This document shows positions 1 to 57,805 of a DNA stretch of 64,000 nt, piece by piece. The notes beneath the pieces were generated by a model that did not search any database, was not told the DNA's origin, and saw only the letters and a list, made by a program, of their open reading frames with translations. The stretch's first letter is position 1; each line of letters begins with the position of its first letter. This stretch comes from Octopus vulgaris (taxonomy: Eukaryota), in the NCBI GenBank assembly GCA_951406725.2, contig OX597840.1:6510001-6574000 (forward strand). Direction: 5' to 3'. The position numbers and the translations under genes are program-made.

Positions 1-423
1 CAGGCACTGCTGTAAACAGCGGAAGTGAGCTAGAACGTTAAAACTTAGTGCGCATGCACAGCAGAGTTCAAGGTCAATCTTTATCAAGCAGCTTAACTCT
101 GCGTGCTTTTGCTTCGTTACTATGGCAATGGTCTTGATTCTCATTGATCAGACCTCATATATAACCTACAGACTTCAGGAAACCGGGTTGCTGAACCTAT
201 GGCTCGAGGAGAACCCTTGATCCTTTTTTATGTATGCTTGGACAGGAGAAAAGATAGGGGAGCAGACAGACAAGAATGCGTGTGATCTGTGTAGGAAAAG
301 AAAGATGGGCGATGGTTACGTTTGAGCAACGAGAGAGTAAAAGAAGAAGAGTGAGAAAGAAAGAGGGACAGATGTAGACAACCAGAGCAACAATGATTAA
401 GCCAAAGAGAATGATGTTCTTAC

Positions 424-44102
<43,679 letters not shown>

Positions 44103-44121
44103 TCCTGGAAAAAAATAAAAT

Positions 44122-44582
<461 letters not shown>

Positions 44583-44584
44583 TT

Positions 44585-44920
44585 CGTTCGTTTATTGGCC
44601 ACAAGGGCTAACAAAAATGTATTAAAACATAAAGGGACAAAACACAGGACGAAAGTTACAAAGGGTTTTGTCCGTTTGAAAAAGGTCCGTATACAAAAGC
44701 AGGATAACAACGAAACGTAAGTAACAATTAAAACTGCCAATAGGGGGAGGCGCTTCGAAAGGTTACTCGTGGAAAAACCCATAAAAGCCACGGCAGCCTG
44801 GTCAAAAGGGGTGTAGAGAGCCCCTTTCTCCTTTTATATTTCCTTTTAATTCTCACAGGTGTATCCTCAGAATTGGTCCTTTCATACTGGCTATTCTTGT
44901 GACATTCACCCACCTTTCAA
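44585..44920 (-). mobile_element. L1/Tx1-like LINE 3' UTR abutting (ATT)n
   Basis: Homologous to 4000-4290; AATAAA followed by (ATT)n. Confidence 0.6.
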
Positions 44921-45315
44921 TAAACTTGCTACCAGACATCAGGAGTAAAGAGTGACAGAAAGTTGTGGCGAAAGAGTCGGCAGAAGTTCGTCAGTACCTT
45001 CTGCCGGAACCGCGTGGAGCTTAGGTGTTTCGCTCATAAACACAAACATCGTCCGGTCTGAGATTCGAACCCACGATGCCTCGACCGCGAGTCCACTGCT
45101 CTAACCACTAGGCCATGTGTATGTATGTATGTATAAATGTATGTATGTATGTATGTATGTATGTATGTATGTATGTATGTATGTATGTATGTATGTATGT
45201 ATGCATGCATGTATATATGTATGTATGTATGTATATATGTATGCATGTATGTACGTACGTATATATGTATGTATGTATGCATGTATGTATGTATGTATGT
45301 ATGTATGTATATATG

Positions 45316-45349
<34 letters not shown>

Positions 45350-45944
45350 TGTATGTATGTATGTATGTATGTATGTATGTATGTATGTATGTATGTATGT
45401 ATGTATATGCAGAGAGAAGGAGACGAGCAGACATAACTCAGTCGACACATAATCTAAAATAACAGCTGATAGATCGCAGGTGCGTTTCGTTGTCTTTCTT
45501 GGGAGAACAAACAAACAATTGAGTCGAGGCGCCTCTACTTAATTCATTGCAGTAAAATTAAAGAACTTCTGGGAATTTACCGATGATATCATGGCGACCA
45601 ATTTAATTGTGAATCAGCGTAAATTCTACCTGCCACCCACTTATGGCAACCGAATTCCGAGGTAAGTACCACTTGCGTGAATTCCCGTAGATCGTAAAAT
45701 CGTAGCCATTAATGTTACGATATGAGGTAGCGAGCTCGCGGAATCGCAAACGCGTCAGATAAAAATGCCGAGAGGCATTTTTTCGAGCTATACGTTCAGA
45801 GTTCAAATTCCACCTAGGTCGAGTTTGTCATTCTTTATTTCGGATTTGATATAATAAGTACCAGCTGAGCTCTGGGGTCGATTTAATCAACTACACGCTT
45901 CACCGAAAATGTCAAGTCATTTGTCTATACTAGAAAGGTTTCGC

Positions 45945-46820
45945 CGGCAAAAATGCTTAGTGGTATTTCGTCTGCCGTTACGTTCTGAGTTCAAATTCCA
46001 CCGAGGTCGACTTTGCCTTTCATCCTTTCGGGGTCGATAAATTAAGTACCAGTTGCGCGCTGGGGTCGATATAATCGATTTAATCCCTCTGTCTGTCCTT
46101 GTTTGTCTCTTCTGTGTTTAGCCCCTTGTGGGTAGTAAAGAAATAGGTATTTCGTCTGCCGCTACGTTCTGAGTTCTAATTCCGCCGAGGTCGACTTTGC
46201 CTTTCATCCTTTCGGGGTCGATAAATTAAGTACCAGTTGTGCACTGGGGTCGACATAATCGATTTAATCCATCTGTCTGTCCTTGTTTGTCTCTTCTGTG
46301 TTTAGCCCCTTGTGGGTAGTAAAGAAATAGGTATTTCGTCTGTCGCTACGTTCTGAGTTCTAATTCCGCCGAGGTCGACTTTGCCTTTCATCCTTTCGGG
46401 ATCGATAAATTAAGTACCAGTTGTGCACTGGGGTCGACATAATCGATTTAATCCATCTGTCTGTCCTTGTTTGTCCTCTCTGTGTTTAGCCCCTTGTGGG
46501 TAGTAAAGAAATAGGTATTTCGTCTGTCGCTACGTTCTGAGTTCAAATTCCGCCGAGGTCGACTTTGCCTTTCATCCTTTCGGGATCGATAAATTAAGTA
46601 CCAGTTACGCACTGGGGTCGATATAATCGATTTAATCCGTTTTTCTATCCTTGTTTGTCCTCTCTGTGTTTAGCCCCTTGTGGGTAGTAAAGAAGTAGGT
46701 ATTTCGTCCGTCTTACATTCTCAGTTCAAATGCCACACGGGTCGACGGCTCTTTCATCATTTAGTAATCAATTAAATAAAGTACCAGTTCAACACTAGAA
46801 TGGATGTAATCGACTTACAC
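45945..46820 (+). mobile_element. SINE family B tandem array (4+ units)
   Basis: GGTATTTCGTC junctions at 45962, 46146, 46330, 46514 and 46698. Confidence 0.85.
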
Positions 46821-46914
46821 CGACCCCCACCAAAGTGCTGAAATAAAAAAGCCCTAATAACGCATATAAAAATTCATATGTATGCTTACTAATGCGTTGT
46901 GTGAAGTACAATAT

Positions 46915-46976
<62 letters not shown>

Positions 46977-47040
46977 GTCTCATTTAGAGAGACTTAGAAA
47001 TAATATTTCTATATGCCTGTGTATATATATATATAATATA

Positions 47041-47170
<130 letters not shown>

Positions 47171-48116
47171 TAATATATAGATATATAATTACATAACGTT
47201 TAAAATATATACTTCAGGCAATACGTAGAGAGTCAAAAAACAAAACCAAAACTAGGTTGATAGGAAAAAAAAAGCGAGATCAAAGCCACAACATCTGTTT
47301 GCACGTAAAATTTGTCCCGCGGGACGACGGGCTGCAAAGACTGTAATTATGTACATACAGTAATTTAGTAAACTACGTTGCTTCAATGTGAAGCACATGT
47401 TTTTACAAGGGTATAAGAGTTCTTAAGAGTTAGGGGTAGGTTTAGCACGGGGTAATTTATGGAGTACTTGATGCACTTTCACGTAATATGAAATGTATGG
47501 TAATATATGTCTTTTAGTGGATTCTGTCGTTAGATTGCGATCATATTGGGACACCGCCTTGAATTTTAGTTGAGAAAATAGACAATGATGCTAATTTTGT
47601 TCTTTTAAAGCCTGGTTTTTTTATTCTACCGAATCGTTAGGCTATGAGGACGTAAACACACCAACACTGGTCGGGAAGCGGGGAACGAGTACAGACACAA
47701 GGACACATACACACACACGGCTTAACAGCCCTCATCGTTTGTTTTTTACTGTTTTGTTCTCACAGTCCTGTTCTTGTTACCACTTTTACTCTCCGCAAAA
47801 TATCCCAAAATATATTTAATTTGCTTTGCGGGAAGGATTGTTTCAATGAAGTCGCGTCTTGTCCTTGCCTTCGTAACGTGAAGTAATTGAAACAGGGACA
47901 ACTGAAGAAGGGGAATATTCTTTATGTTGTATGTCTCGTTTCTCTGTTTTTTTCGTTGTTCGAAAAAAAAGTTCGTTTCTATGTTTTTGTTTTTATGTTT
48001 TCGTTTCCCATTGTGTTCAAGGTTTTTTTTATGTCCTGTACCCATATATGCATGTATATATACATATATATGTAGGTATGTGCATATGTGTATGTGTATA
48101 TATACATATATTTATA

Positions 48117-48231
<115 letters not shown>

Positions 48232-49139
48232 CCTGCTCGCTTAGCCAGCGGGGTGGCGTCATTCAAAGGCTAAAACAATGCGAACGCATTGTGACCAGCG
48301 ATGTGTAACAACATCTGATGGTCTGGTCGGTCACGTGATCACGTGATATATATATATATAGTAAGTCCATTCACAAAGCCTTGGTCGGCCCGCAGCTATA
48401 GTAGAAGACACTTGCTCAAGGTGCTACACAGTGGAACTGAACCCGGAACCATGAGGTTGAGAAGCAAGCTACTTACCACGCAGCCACGCCTGTAATAGGA
48501 TTTAAAAAAAAAAGACTTTGAATGAATATGAGGGCCCAGTAAAGCGCAAAATAAGAATTCAAAGGGTCCACAAACAAAATAATGTTTGAGAACCACAGTA
48601 GTACACAAGTGTTTGATAAAGATATTCTTCATGTTCGCATAATCTCGCGCCGAAAATATCATTTTTATTATTCATTGATGTCTGCTGTGGCCGCTATTGT
48701 TTGTTGCTGTTGTTGTTCCTTTTATGCTTCTTTTTCTTCATATTTTTTTTTACTTTAGTTTTTGGTGGAGAAATCGGAGAAGTGCTTTGTGGGGGCGTTA
48801 GAATGTGTCTTCGTTTGGGGTTTTTTTTATTTTGCTTTTTTGGGGGGTTTTTTTCTTATTTATTTTTGCTGTACCTTATTTCTCTATTCCTGACACACCT
48901 TCTTTGAGAATTTCCTCTTTTTATTTTCGCGCCCCAACTTCCTTCCCACAGATGCTTCCTCACAATAAACCTATACATCTATGTATGTATGTATGTATGT
49001 ATGTACGTACGTACGTATGTATGTATGCATGTATGTATGTGCGTATGCATAAGTGTATCCATGAATGTATGTATGTATTATGTATGTATGTATGTATGTA
49101 TGTATGTGCCTATGTATGAGTGTATGTATGTATATATAT

Positions 49140-49467
49140 ACTCTTTTATTCTTTTATTTGTTTAAGTCATTTGACTGTGGCCATGCTGGAGCACCGCCTT
49201 TAATCGAGCAAATCGACCCCAGGACTTATTCTTTGTGAGCCTAGTACTTATTCTATCGGTCTCTTTTGCCGAACCGCTAAGTTACAGGGGACATAAACAC
49301 ACCAGCATCGGTTGTCAAGCGATGTTGGCGGGACAAATACAAACACACACACACACACTTATACATATATACATATATACGACGGACTTCTTTCAGTTTC
49401 CGTCTACCAAATCCACTCACAGGGCTTTGGTCGTCCTGAGGCTATAGTAGAAGACACTTGCCCAAGG

Positions 49468-49472
<5 letters not shown>
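49140..49472 (-). mobile_element. SINE family A (head truncated)
   Basis: Homologue. Confidence 0.8.
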
Positions 49473-49545
<73 letters not shown>

Positions 49546-50328
49546 AATGTTGAACTAAAAATTGCTACACATTAAAACGACTTTATTATTAATATCGTGC
49601 TAAAAATTTCTATACTAAATAATATACATTAAAAATACACATTAAATATATTATTATTAACGTTGTACTAAATTTAAATATGTGTGTGTGTGTCTATATG
49701 AACGTCTGTCTTTATGTGTGCGCAGAGAGAGGGAGAGATAGGAGGAGGAGAGAGCGAAAATACAGTGCAACAAGACAGTCTACTGTACTCCATATGAACC
49801 ATCACCGTCGGTTGGGATGAGCAATATAAAGACCTTAACCAGACAGTGACATGGTACCGCTATGAAGAACTATCTGTCTGTCTGGCTGTACGTTGCCGTT
49901 CGGCGCCGAACACCTGCGTGCTATATGACTGCTTGATCGGGGACATCCTGGGGCTACTGTGCACCATCACCACCACCACCACCAACAACAACAGCAATAG
50001 CAACAACGCCAGCAACAGTTATATAAACACGAACAAGAATGACTATATATTTCTTTATTGCCCACAAGGGGCTAAACATAGAGGGGACAAACAAGGACAG
50101 ACAAAGGGATTAAGTCGATTACAGCGACCCCCAGTGCGTAACTGGTACTTAATTTATCGACCTCGAAAAGATGAAAGGCAAAGTCGACCTCGGCGGAATT
50201 TAACTCGGAACGTAACGACAGAGAACAAGAATGACTATACCGTCAATGACAACACCACCAGCGACAGCAAAAATAGCAGCAGTGACCCATACGACTGGTG
50301 CCGTCGAAACGGTATTGTAGGCCCCCGA

Positions 50329-50563
50329 TGAAGGCGGCGAGCTGGCAGAAACGTTAGCACGTCGGGCGAAATGCGTAGCCGTATATCGTCTGCCGTTACG
50401 TTCTGAGTTCAAATTCCGCCGAGGTCGACTTTGCCTTTCATCCTTTCGGGGTCGATAAATTAAGTACCAGTTACGCACTGGGGTCGATGTAATCGACTTA
50501 ATCCGTTTGTCTGTCCTCGTTTGTCCCCTCTGTGTTTAGCCCCCTGTGGGTCGTAAAGAAATA
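50329..50563 (+). mobile_element. SINE family B monomer with 18-bp target-site duplication
   Basis: GGTATTGTAGGCCCCCGA at 50311-50328 and 50564-50581. Confidence 0.9.
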
Positions 50564-51132
50564 GGTATTGTAGGCCCCCGAGTAAATCACTGCACTGGAC
50601 CCTATAATATTTATTTGGCAGCAATGCACACACATATCTGTGTGTGTGTATTGTGTGTGTGTCTGTTTGTGTGTGTGTGTGTGTGTGTTTATGTGTGTGT
50701 GTGTGTGTGTCTTTCCGTTTGAGTTTGTCCCCAACCACCGCTTGACAACCGGTGATAGTGTCCGAAACTTAGCGGTTCGTCAAAAGCAAACGACAAACTT
50801 TTAAAAAATAAGGCGGTGACCCAGCATGACCACAGTCTAATTCCTGGAGCAATTAAATACCCACACACACATACACATACGCACACACACATACTCACAC
50901 ACACAAACCCACACATACACACACAGATACACACACATACAGACTTATATATATATATAGCGAGAAGTTGAGGTTATAAGAGATAATGGTGTCATTGAGA
51001 CCCAAAGGTGTCAGGTAATACTGAATAAGTGCTATAGACAGACCATATCTTGCATCTGTATTTTTTCCTCCACCTCACTCTCTATTTTGTATCACATCTA
51101 AACTAACTTTAACTTAACCATCCTCTCACACC

Positions 51133-51184
51133 GTCTCCGATGAAGGGATATTCTTAATAAATATCCTCGAAACAGCTGTAAGAC
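51133..51184 (+). ncRNA. Type-I hammerhead ribozyme
   Basis: GTCT-CCGATGA-A GGGATATT..AATATCCTC-GAAAC AGCT GTA-AGAC; GUA site. Confidence 0.75.
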
Positions 51185-51247
51185 CTTCTATCTATAAATA
51201 CTCTAATATCTACACAGCCTTGGTTTTTTATCTTATTACACAAACAT

Positions 51248-51293
<46 letters not shown>

Positions 51294-52381
51294 TTTGCGT
51301 AATAAGATAAAAAAATTGTATATATATATATATACACTCACACACACATAGACACACATATACAGACATATGTATATACACGTTTACGACGACAAGCGTT
51401 CCAGTTGATTCGATCAACGCAACAGCCTGACCATGAAGTTACTGTGCAATGGGTTGAACATTTCACAGACAAGCCTACCCAGATTTTCATGGAGACTCAG
51501 CGCGAAGCTGGCCCTCTGAGTTACAAGTACAACTCATCATTGCCAACTGAGTGAACTGGAGCAACGTGAAATAAGCTGTTTTCCCCCAAGGGCTCAATGC
51601 ACTGTCAGGAATCGAACTCCCGACCTTCAGCCATAAGTTGAAAACTGTAACCACTAAGCCACGCAACAAAACCACCATAATCTATAAATTCCTTGAGCAG
51701 GAAAATAGAAGCTTAATAGAGGACAACTCTGAAACAATGAGGACACAAAGTACAAAAGGTTCACCATGAAAACAATAAACAAATAAATGAACATAACAAA
51801 CAGATACCGCCCATCTTCATCTGCCTCACAGATATCATTGTGGTTTCGACACCTGGCATGTAACTTTCAAACCGGCACTTTCGACAACGTGAAAAATATA
51901 AATACTGCTTCGAAATAGTATACAAGAAGCAGGGACCAAATGCAAATTCATTAATGTATATACATTTGACTGATTGACACTCTGTCGGTTTCGACGACGA
52001 GGGTTCCAGTTGATCAGATTCAACGGAACAGCCTGCTCCTGAAATTAACGTGCAAGTGGCTGAGCACTCCACAGACACGTGTACCTTTAACGTAGTTCTC
52101 GGGGAGATTCAGCGTGACACAGAGTGTGACAAGGCCGGCCTTTTGAAATACAGGTACAACAAAAATAGGAAGAAAGAGCGGGAGAAAGAGTACAGCAGGG
52201 TTCGCTACCACCCACTGTCGGAGATTTAGGTGTTTTAGATCAATAAATACATCACAACGCCCAGTCTGGGAATCGAAACCGCGATCCTATAAGCGCTAGC
52301 CCGCTGCCCTAACCACTGGGCTATTGCGCCTCCACAATGTATATACATACATATATTTATATATATATTATGTATATATTA

Positions 52382-52783
52382 CTAGCAGTATCGCCCGGCG
52401 TTGCTCGGGTTTGTAAGGGAAATAATTATATAAGCATTTTTAGTGAGTTATAGCCAAAGAATAGCAAAAAAATGCATTAAAAATGGAAAAAAATTATGGT
52501 AATTTTTTTTTAAAATCGTTGACTTATCGTAGATATTTTTAGAGAATTACTTCCCTTATATAATAGCGAAAAAAAATGCATTAAAATGGAAAAAAATGAT
52601 GGTAAATTTTTTTTTAAATCGTAGACTCATCGTAGACGCGCGCTAATACCCAGAAGGGCTTGATATGAATCACGACTACAAGATACCCGCTTTTGGTTAA
52701 ACTGCACCGCAAAATGTGGGAGTAGTTAGGAATCTAAATCGTAGGAGACAGACAGTACACAACCTCTCTTTTATATATAAAGA
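52382..52783 (-). mobile_element. Non-autonomous Helitron
   Basis: Minus strand: A|TCTTTATATATAAAAGAG ... CCCGAGCAACGCCGGG hairpin ... CTAG|T. Confidence 0.8.
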
Positions 52784-53023
52784 TATTAAAGGAGTTAACG
52801 TAAAAACATCTAAAAGTATATTCCAAGGTAAATAAAGACTCAATTAATTATAGGTCGTTAAGCAACAAGAGATTATTATCTTGGTGGAAACACTTGCATG
52901 TATTATACATAATTTTTTAATTATGCAACTTAATTATGTAATTATATAGTGTAATGAAACAGCTGTGGACGCAATTAAATTATGAATTATATATGAAGTG
53001 TATGCCGCTTTTGCTATTATGTG

Positions 53024-53066
<43 letters not shown>

Positions 53067-53105
53067 GTGTATGTATATCGCTATCTCTACCTATCTTTCC
53101 CTGTT

Positions 53106-53146
<41 letters not shown>

Positions 53147-53271
53147 GAAATTGCGAGGATGATCCGGTTCTTGACTGAGAACCCACATCTAGCGATCGTG
53201 AGTTCAACAGCTTAACCACTGCTTATACACACACACACACATATGTTGATATATATATATATATATATATT

Positions 53272-53328
<57 letters not shown>

Positions 53329-53399
53329 ATCCAAACAAGAAAACACAACAACGCGAGGACGTGGAACAAACATAGTATTATTGGACCCTCAGGAAAGAA

Positions 53400-53474
<75 letters not shown>

Positions 53475-53662
53475 AACTGGGACAAGAACGCAAAACATCC
53501 GGACAGTTAGGTGACACAAAAAGGGACAACAAAACATCCAGATAGACGATACAAAGAAAATAAGGACGGGTCATTCGAAATTTTCTTTCCTCAGTCAAGC
53601 ACCAGATTATCCTCGCAATTTCAGCTGATTATTCTTAAGATTGCTCGAATCTGGCCAGCCCC

Positions 53663-53744
<82 letters not shown>

Positions 53745-54081
53745 ATATATATACTACTAATATAGGATGAAGTTTTTTTACAGAAGAAAAATTCCATCAA
53801 AAAATATGGCAGCATATTAAAATACCTTTAAGGTTAAAATTATAAATAACTTATAAATAAGGGCAAAAGAAAATTATTTCTATGCAAATATGCTGATAAC
53901 AGACTTTTAAATCAACGAACTTTTAAAAAAAATTCTATTGGCTGACTTTCCTCGATTTCAGCTCTTCGTGTTTTCTATAGCGAGTAAATAATATATGGAA
54001 ATTAACAATTTAAAAGTCTGTTATCAGCATATTGGCATAGAAATATTTTCTTTAGCTTATTTATAAGTTGTTTATATATAC

Positions 54082-54139
<58 letters not shown>

Positions 54140-54201
54140 TACCTGTGTATATACTTAATTGTCTGTGCGTGTGTGTATATATATATATAAATATATATAT
54201 A

Positions 54202-54610
54202 CTCTTTACTCTCTTTTACTCTTTTACTTGTTTCAGTCATTTGACTGCGGACATGCTGGAGCACCGCCTTTAGTCGAGCAACTCGACCCCGGGACTCATT
54301 CTTTTGTAAGCCCAGTACATATTCTATCGGTCTCTTTAGCCGAACCGCCAAGTAACGGGGACATAAACATAGCAGCATCGGCTGTCAAGCAATGCTAGGG
54401 GGACAAACACAGATACACAAACACACAGACGCATATATAAATATATATACGACGGGCTTCTTTCAGTTTCCGTCTACCAAATCCACTCACAAGGCTTTGG
54501 TCGGCCCGAAGCTATAGTAGAAGACACTTGCCCAAGGTTCCACGCAGTGGGACTGAACCCGGAACCATGTGGTTGGTAAGCAAGCTACTTACCACACAGC
54601 CACTCCTGCG

Positions 54611-54612
<2 letters not shown>
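54202..54612 (-). mobile_element. SINE family A
   Basis: Full-length homologue. Confidence 0.85.
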
Positions 54613-54665
<53 letters not shown>

Positions 54666-55173
54666 CATATATATATAGTGTGTGTGTGTGTCTGTACATA
54701 CGCATACTCACCCTATACTACCAACAAGCGACGGCTAAGAGTTGCCTCAACATAATGTAAGCTCAGTAACCAGCCAATCATTGCGCTCTATATGTTGATA
54801 TACCGATATACCTAGATTCTAACGAATCCTGCCACTGATATATGTATGTATGCGTGTATATATTTGTAAATGTGCGCACATATGTTCGCTGTGTGTGGGC
54901 ATGAGTGTAGTTGCGTATTTAAATATATTGCATACCATATCATATTATCCAATTTGGCATGGATTGAGACAATAAAATATTGATTGAGAGAGATTTGGCT
55001 GCTGTTTCTGCAAGGTCAAGCGATTACGGCAAGGTTCTCTCGAATGTAGCTTAATCTGTGTGTGCGCATGAGTGCGTGTTTGAGTGTGTGTGTGTGTGAG
55101 TGTGTGTGTTTGGGTGTGTTTGGGTGTGCGTATGAGTGCGTGTTTGTGTGTGTGTGTGTGTGTGAGTGTTTGT

Positions 55174-55204
<31 letters not shown>

Positions 55205-55303
55205 CGTATGAGTGCGTGTCTGTGTGTGTGTACTTGTGTGTGTATGCATATGAGTATGTGTTTGTATGTGTGTGTGAGTGTGTGTGTGTGAGTGTGTTGT
55301 GTG

Positions 55304-55334
<31 letters not shown>

Positions 55335-55425
55335 TTGTGTGTGTATGTGTGTGTGCGTTTGTGTGTGTGTGTGTTTGTGTGTGTGTGCGTATGAGTGCGT
55401 GTTTGTGTGTGTGTGTGTATGTGTT

Positions 55426-55456
<31 letters not shown>

Positions 55457-55621
55457 GTGTATGGGCCGCACGCTGAGAGTCTGGTGGAAGCTGGAATATA
55501 ACAAGTTATAAATACGTGTGATATGGCTGGCTTGATGACGAGATAACATTTTTAGGACATACTTTACTGGTTACAGCGTGTATATATTAACTCACACACG
55601 CCAAACGTATATATGAATGTA

Positions 55622-55657
<36 letters not shown>

Positions 55658-56037
55658 TGTATGTATGTATGTATGTATTTATGTATGTATGCATGTATGC
55701 ATGTATGTATGTATGTATGTATGTATGTATGTATGTATTTATGTATGTATGAATGTATGTATGTATTTATGTATGTATGTATGTATGTATGAATGTATGT
55801 TTGCATGCATGTATGTATTATATAAACAGGTATGTATGTGTGTGTTTAAGCGTGTATATATTAACTCACAAACGTCAGACGTATGTATGTATGTATGTAT
55901 GTATGTATGTATGTATGTATGTATGTATGTATGTATGTATGTATGTATGTTTGTTTGTATGCATGCATGTATGTATTATATAAACAGGTATGTATGTGTG
56001 TGTTTATATACGAATATGTCTATGCAATCGAATGAAT

Positions 56038-56340
56038 GTGGAGGCACATGGCCTAGTGGTTAAAGCAGCGGAGTCGCGGTCGAGGGACAGCGGGTTCGAA
56101 TCTCATCCCGAGCGATATGTGTGTTTATGAGCAAAACACCTAAATCGCACGCGGCTCCTACAGAAGGTAATAGCGACCTTCTGCTGACTCTTTCGCCACA
56201 ACTTTCTCTCACTCTTTCCTCCTGCATCTTGCAGCTCATCTGCGACGGACCAGCTTCCCGTCCAGGTGGGGTACCTATACGCTAAGGAAACCGGGAAAAC
56301 CAGCCCCTATGAGCCAAGCGTGGCTCGAGAAGGAACAAAC
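56038..56340 (+). mobile_element. tRNA-derived SINE family C
   Basis: GGAGGCACATGGCCTAGTGGTTAAAGCAGCGG...GGTTCGAATCTC. Related copies at 29230-29425(-), 44940-45118(-) and 52160-52335(-); diverged copies at 8180-8430 and 38230-38460. Confidence 0.75.
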
Positions 56341-56438
56341 AATCGAATGAATACCTATGTATGTATATTTGTATGTATCTATGTTTGTCAAAAAGATCAT
56401 AGTTCCTTCTTGTGTCCTAGGCTCATAAGGTTACTTTC

Positions 56439-56538
56439 NNNNNNNNNNNNNNNNNNNNNNNNNNNNNNNNNNNNNNNNNNNNNNNNNNNNNNNNNNNNNN
56501 NNNNNNNNNNNNNNNNNNNNNNNNNNNNNNNNNNNNNN
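56439..56538. other. Assembly gap (100 N)
   Basis: Run of N. Confidence 1.
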
Positions 56539-56661
56539 TAAACATTTTATAAGAATCTATTGTCCAAAATAATTTCTAATCTATTATAGACACACACACA
56601 CACACACACACATCGATAGCTCAGTGAAATTTTAACAACCCCTGCATAATTACTTTCCTCA

Positions 56662-57161
56662 TCTCTCTCTATATAAACGGCAGTTTGTCTGTCTGTGTGT
56701 CTGTGTGTCTGTCCGGTTGTACCCTTACCCTGACCACGGCTTTCAACCGATTCTGATGAAACTTGACACACACATAGCCCAATGTCATAACTCAAAACTA
56801 ACGCAGCGAAAATTTTGAAAAGTTCCCCCAGTTTTGAAAAAAATTGATAAATTCGACTGGGGTCGAGAATCTAAGCTTTTTATATGCAACACATTTTCTG
56901 TTGTAGTTTGCGCAACTTGCAATCGATTTTCACCAAACTCATGGTGAAGCTTAATGTTACCCTAAGAAACTTAATTCTGACGTTAGTTTTCCATGCAATA
57001 CCTTACCAGCAGAAAAAATACACAGAAGTATTCGAGTGAAGAGAAGACATTGCAACCAACACATGTGCCTTCGTTCCCCAGAGGGAACGGACTAGATTGG
57101 GATTAGTCGTTGCCTACTAGGGGCTCTTATATACCCGGGCAACGCCGGGCTATGCTGCTAG
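56662..57161 (+). mobile_element. Non-autonomous Helitron
   Basis: A|TCTCTCTCTATATAAAC, (GTCT)n, ... CCCGGGCAACGCCGGG hairpin ... CTAG|T. Confidence 0.8.
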
Positions 57162-57251
57162 TTATGAATATTCCAAGTTTGTTTTGTTTTTCGTTCCTCT
57201 TGTTTATGTCAAATTATATTCATTGAGTTTCGTTTTTCGTTCAATTTGCAG

Positions 57252-57452
57252 CTCCTTTTTCCTGTGCCGCCGCTCCTTTTTCCGATATCGAAGAAATCCC
57301 CCGTGGTCCGTTTTACGAACCTCTTGTACTGACTGATATTTTCTTCGAAAAGGACTTGCAATACGTTCATCTCGCTGAATTCTTCGTGTTTGCTTTGAAT
57401 GGTAACATAACCATGAATGTTACCATTTATTTGAATATAGATGAACAATAAG
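57252..57452 (+). CDS. Putative orphan exon (last coding exon?) of an unknown plus-strand gene
   Basis: Polypyrimidine acceptor tttcgtttttcgttcaatttgcag| and consensus donor AAG|gtaagt. One frame is open over the whole exon (PFSCAAAPFSDIEEIPRGPFYEPLVLTDIFFEKDLQYVHLAEFFVFALNGNITMNVTIYLNIDEQ*). A further acceptor cttttt ccag| at 57704 is followed by AATAAA. Confidence 0.35.
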
Positions 57453-57805
57453 GTAAGTGATTAATTAAAAGACTTCGATAAATTATTATATTTCTCATTT
57501 TATCTACACTCATCGATTACTTATTCATGCATACATACCTACACAAACACATAATTGTAATGTCTCACGTTGAGAGGATGATTTTAATTAAATCATTTTT
57601 TATTTAAAAGAGTATATGTATTATTGGTTATATTGAAGTGATTGATGTTTAAGTTGAGGTAGCAAACACACACACACACATAATTCTCCATTTTCTTTTT
57701 CCAGACAGGTGAAGACACATGTCCACGGCGACATTGAAATAAACAAAGAAAAGTACCATATCTCAAATATACCAAAGAATTTGAACAACCTTCTAACGAT
57801 TCTGA

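Noticed and set aside
197-423. Hydrophobic read-through of ORF 197-592 as a transmembrane tail
   Set aside because: A good donor lies at 423, mid-FAS1 domain, and the extension has no FAS1 similarity.
56038-56110. tRNA genes at SINE heads
   Set aside because: A/B boxes are present but continue into repeated SINE bodies, and no complete cloverleaf was seen.
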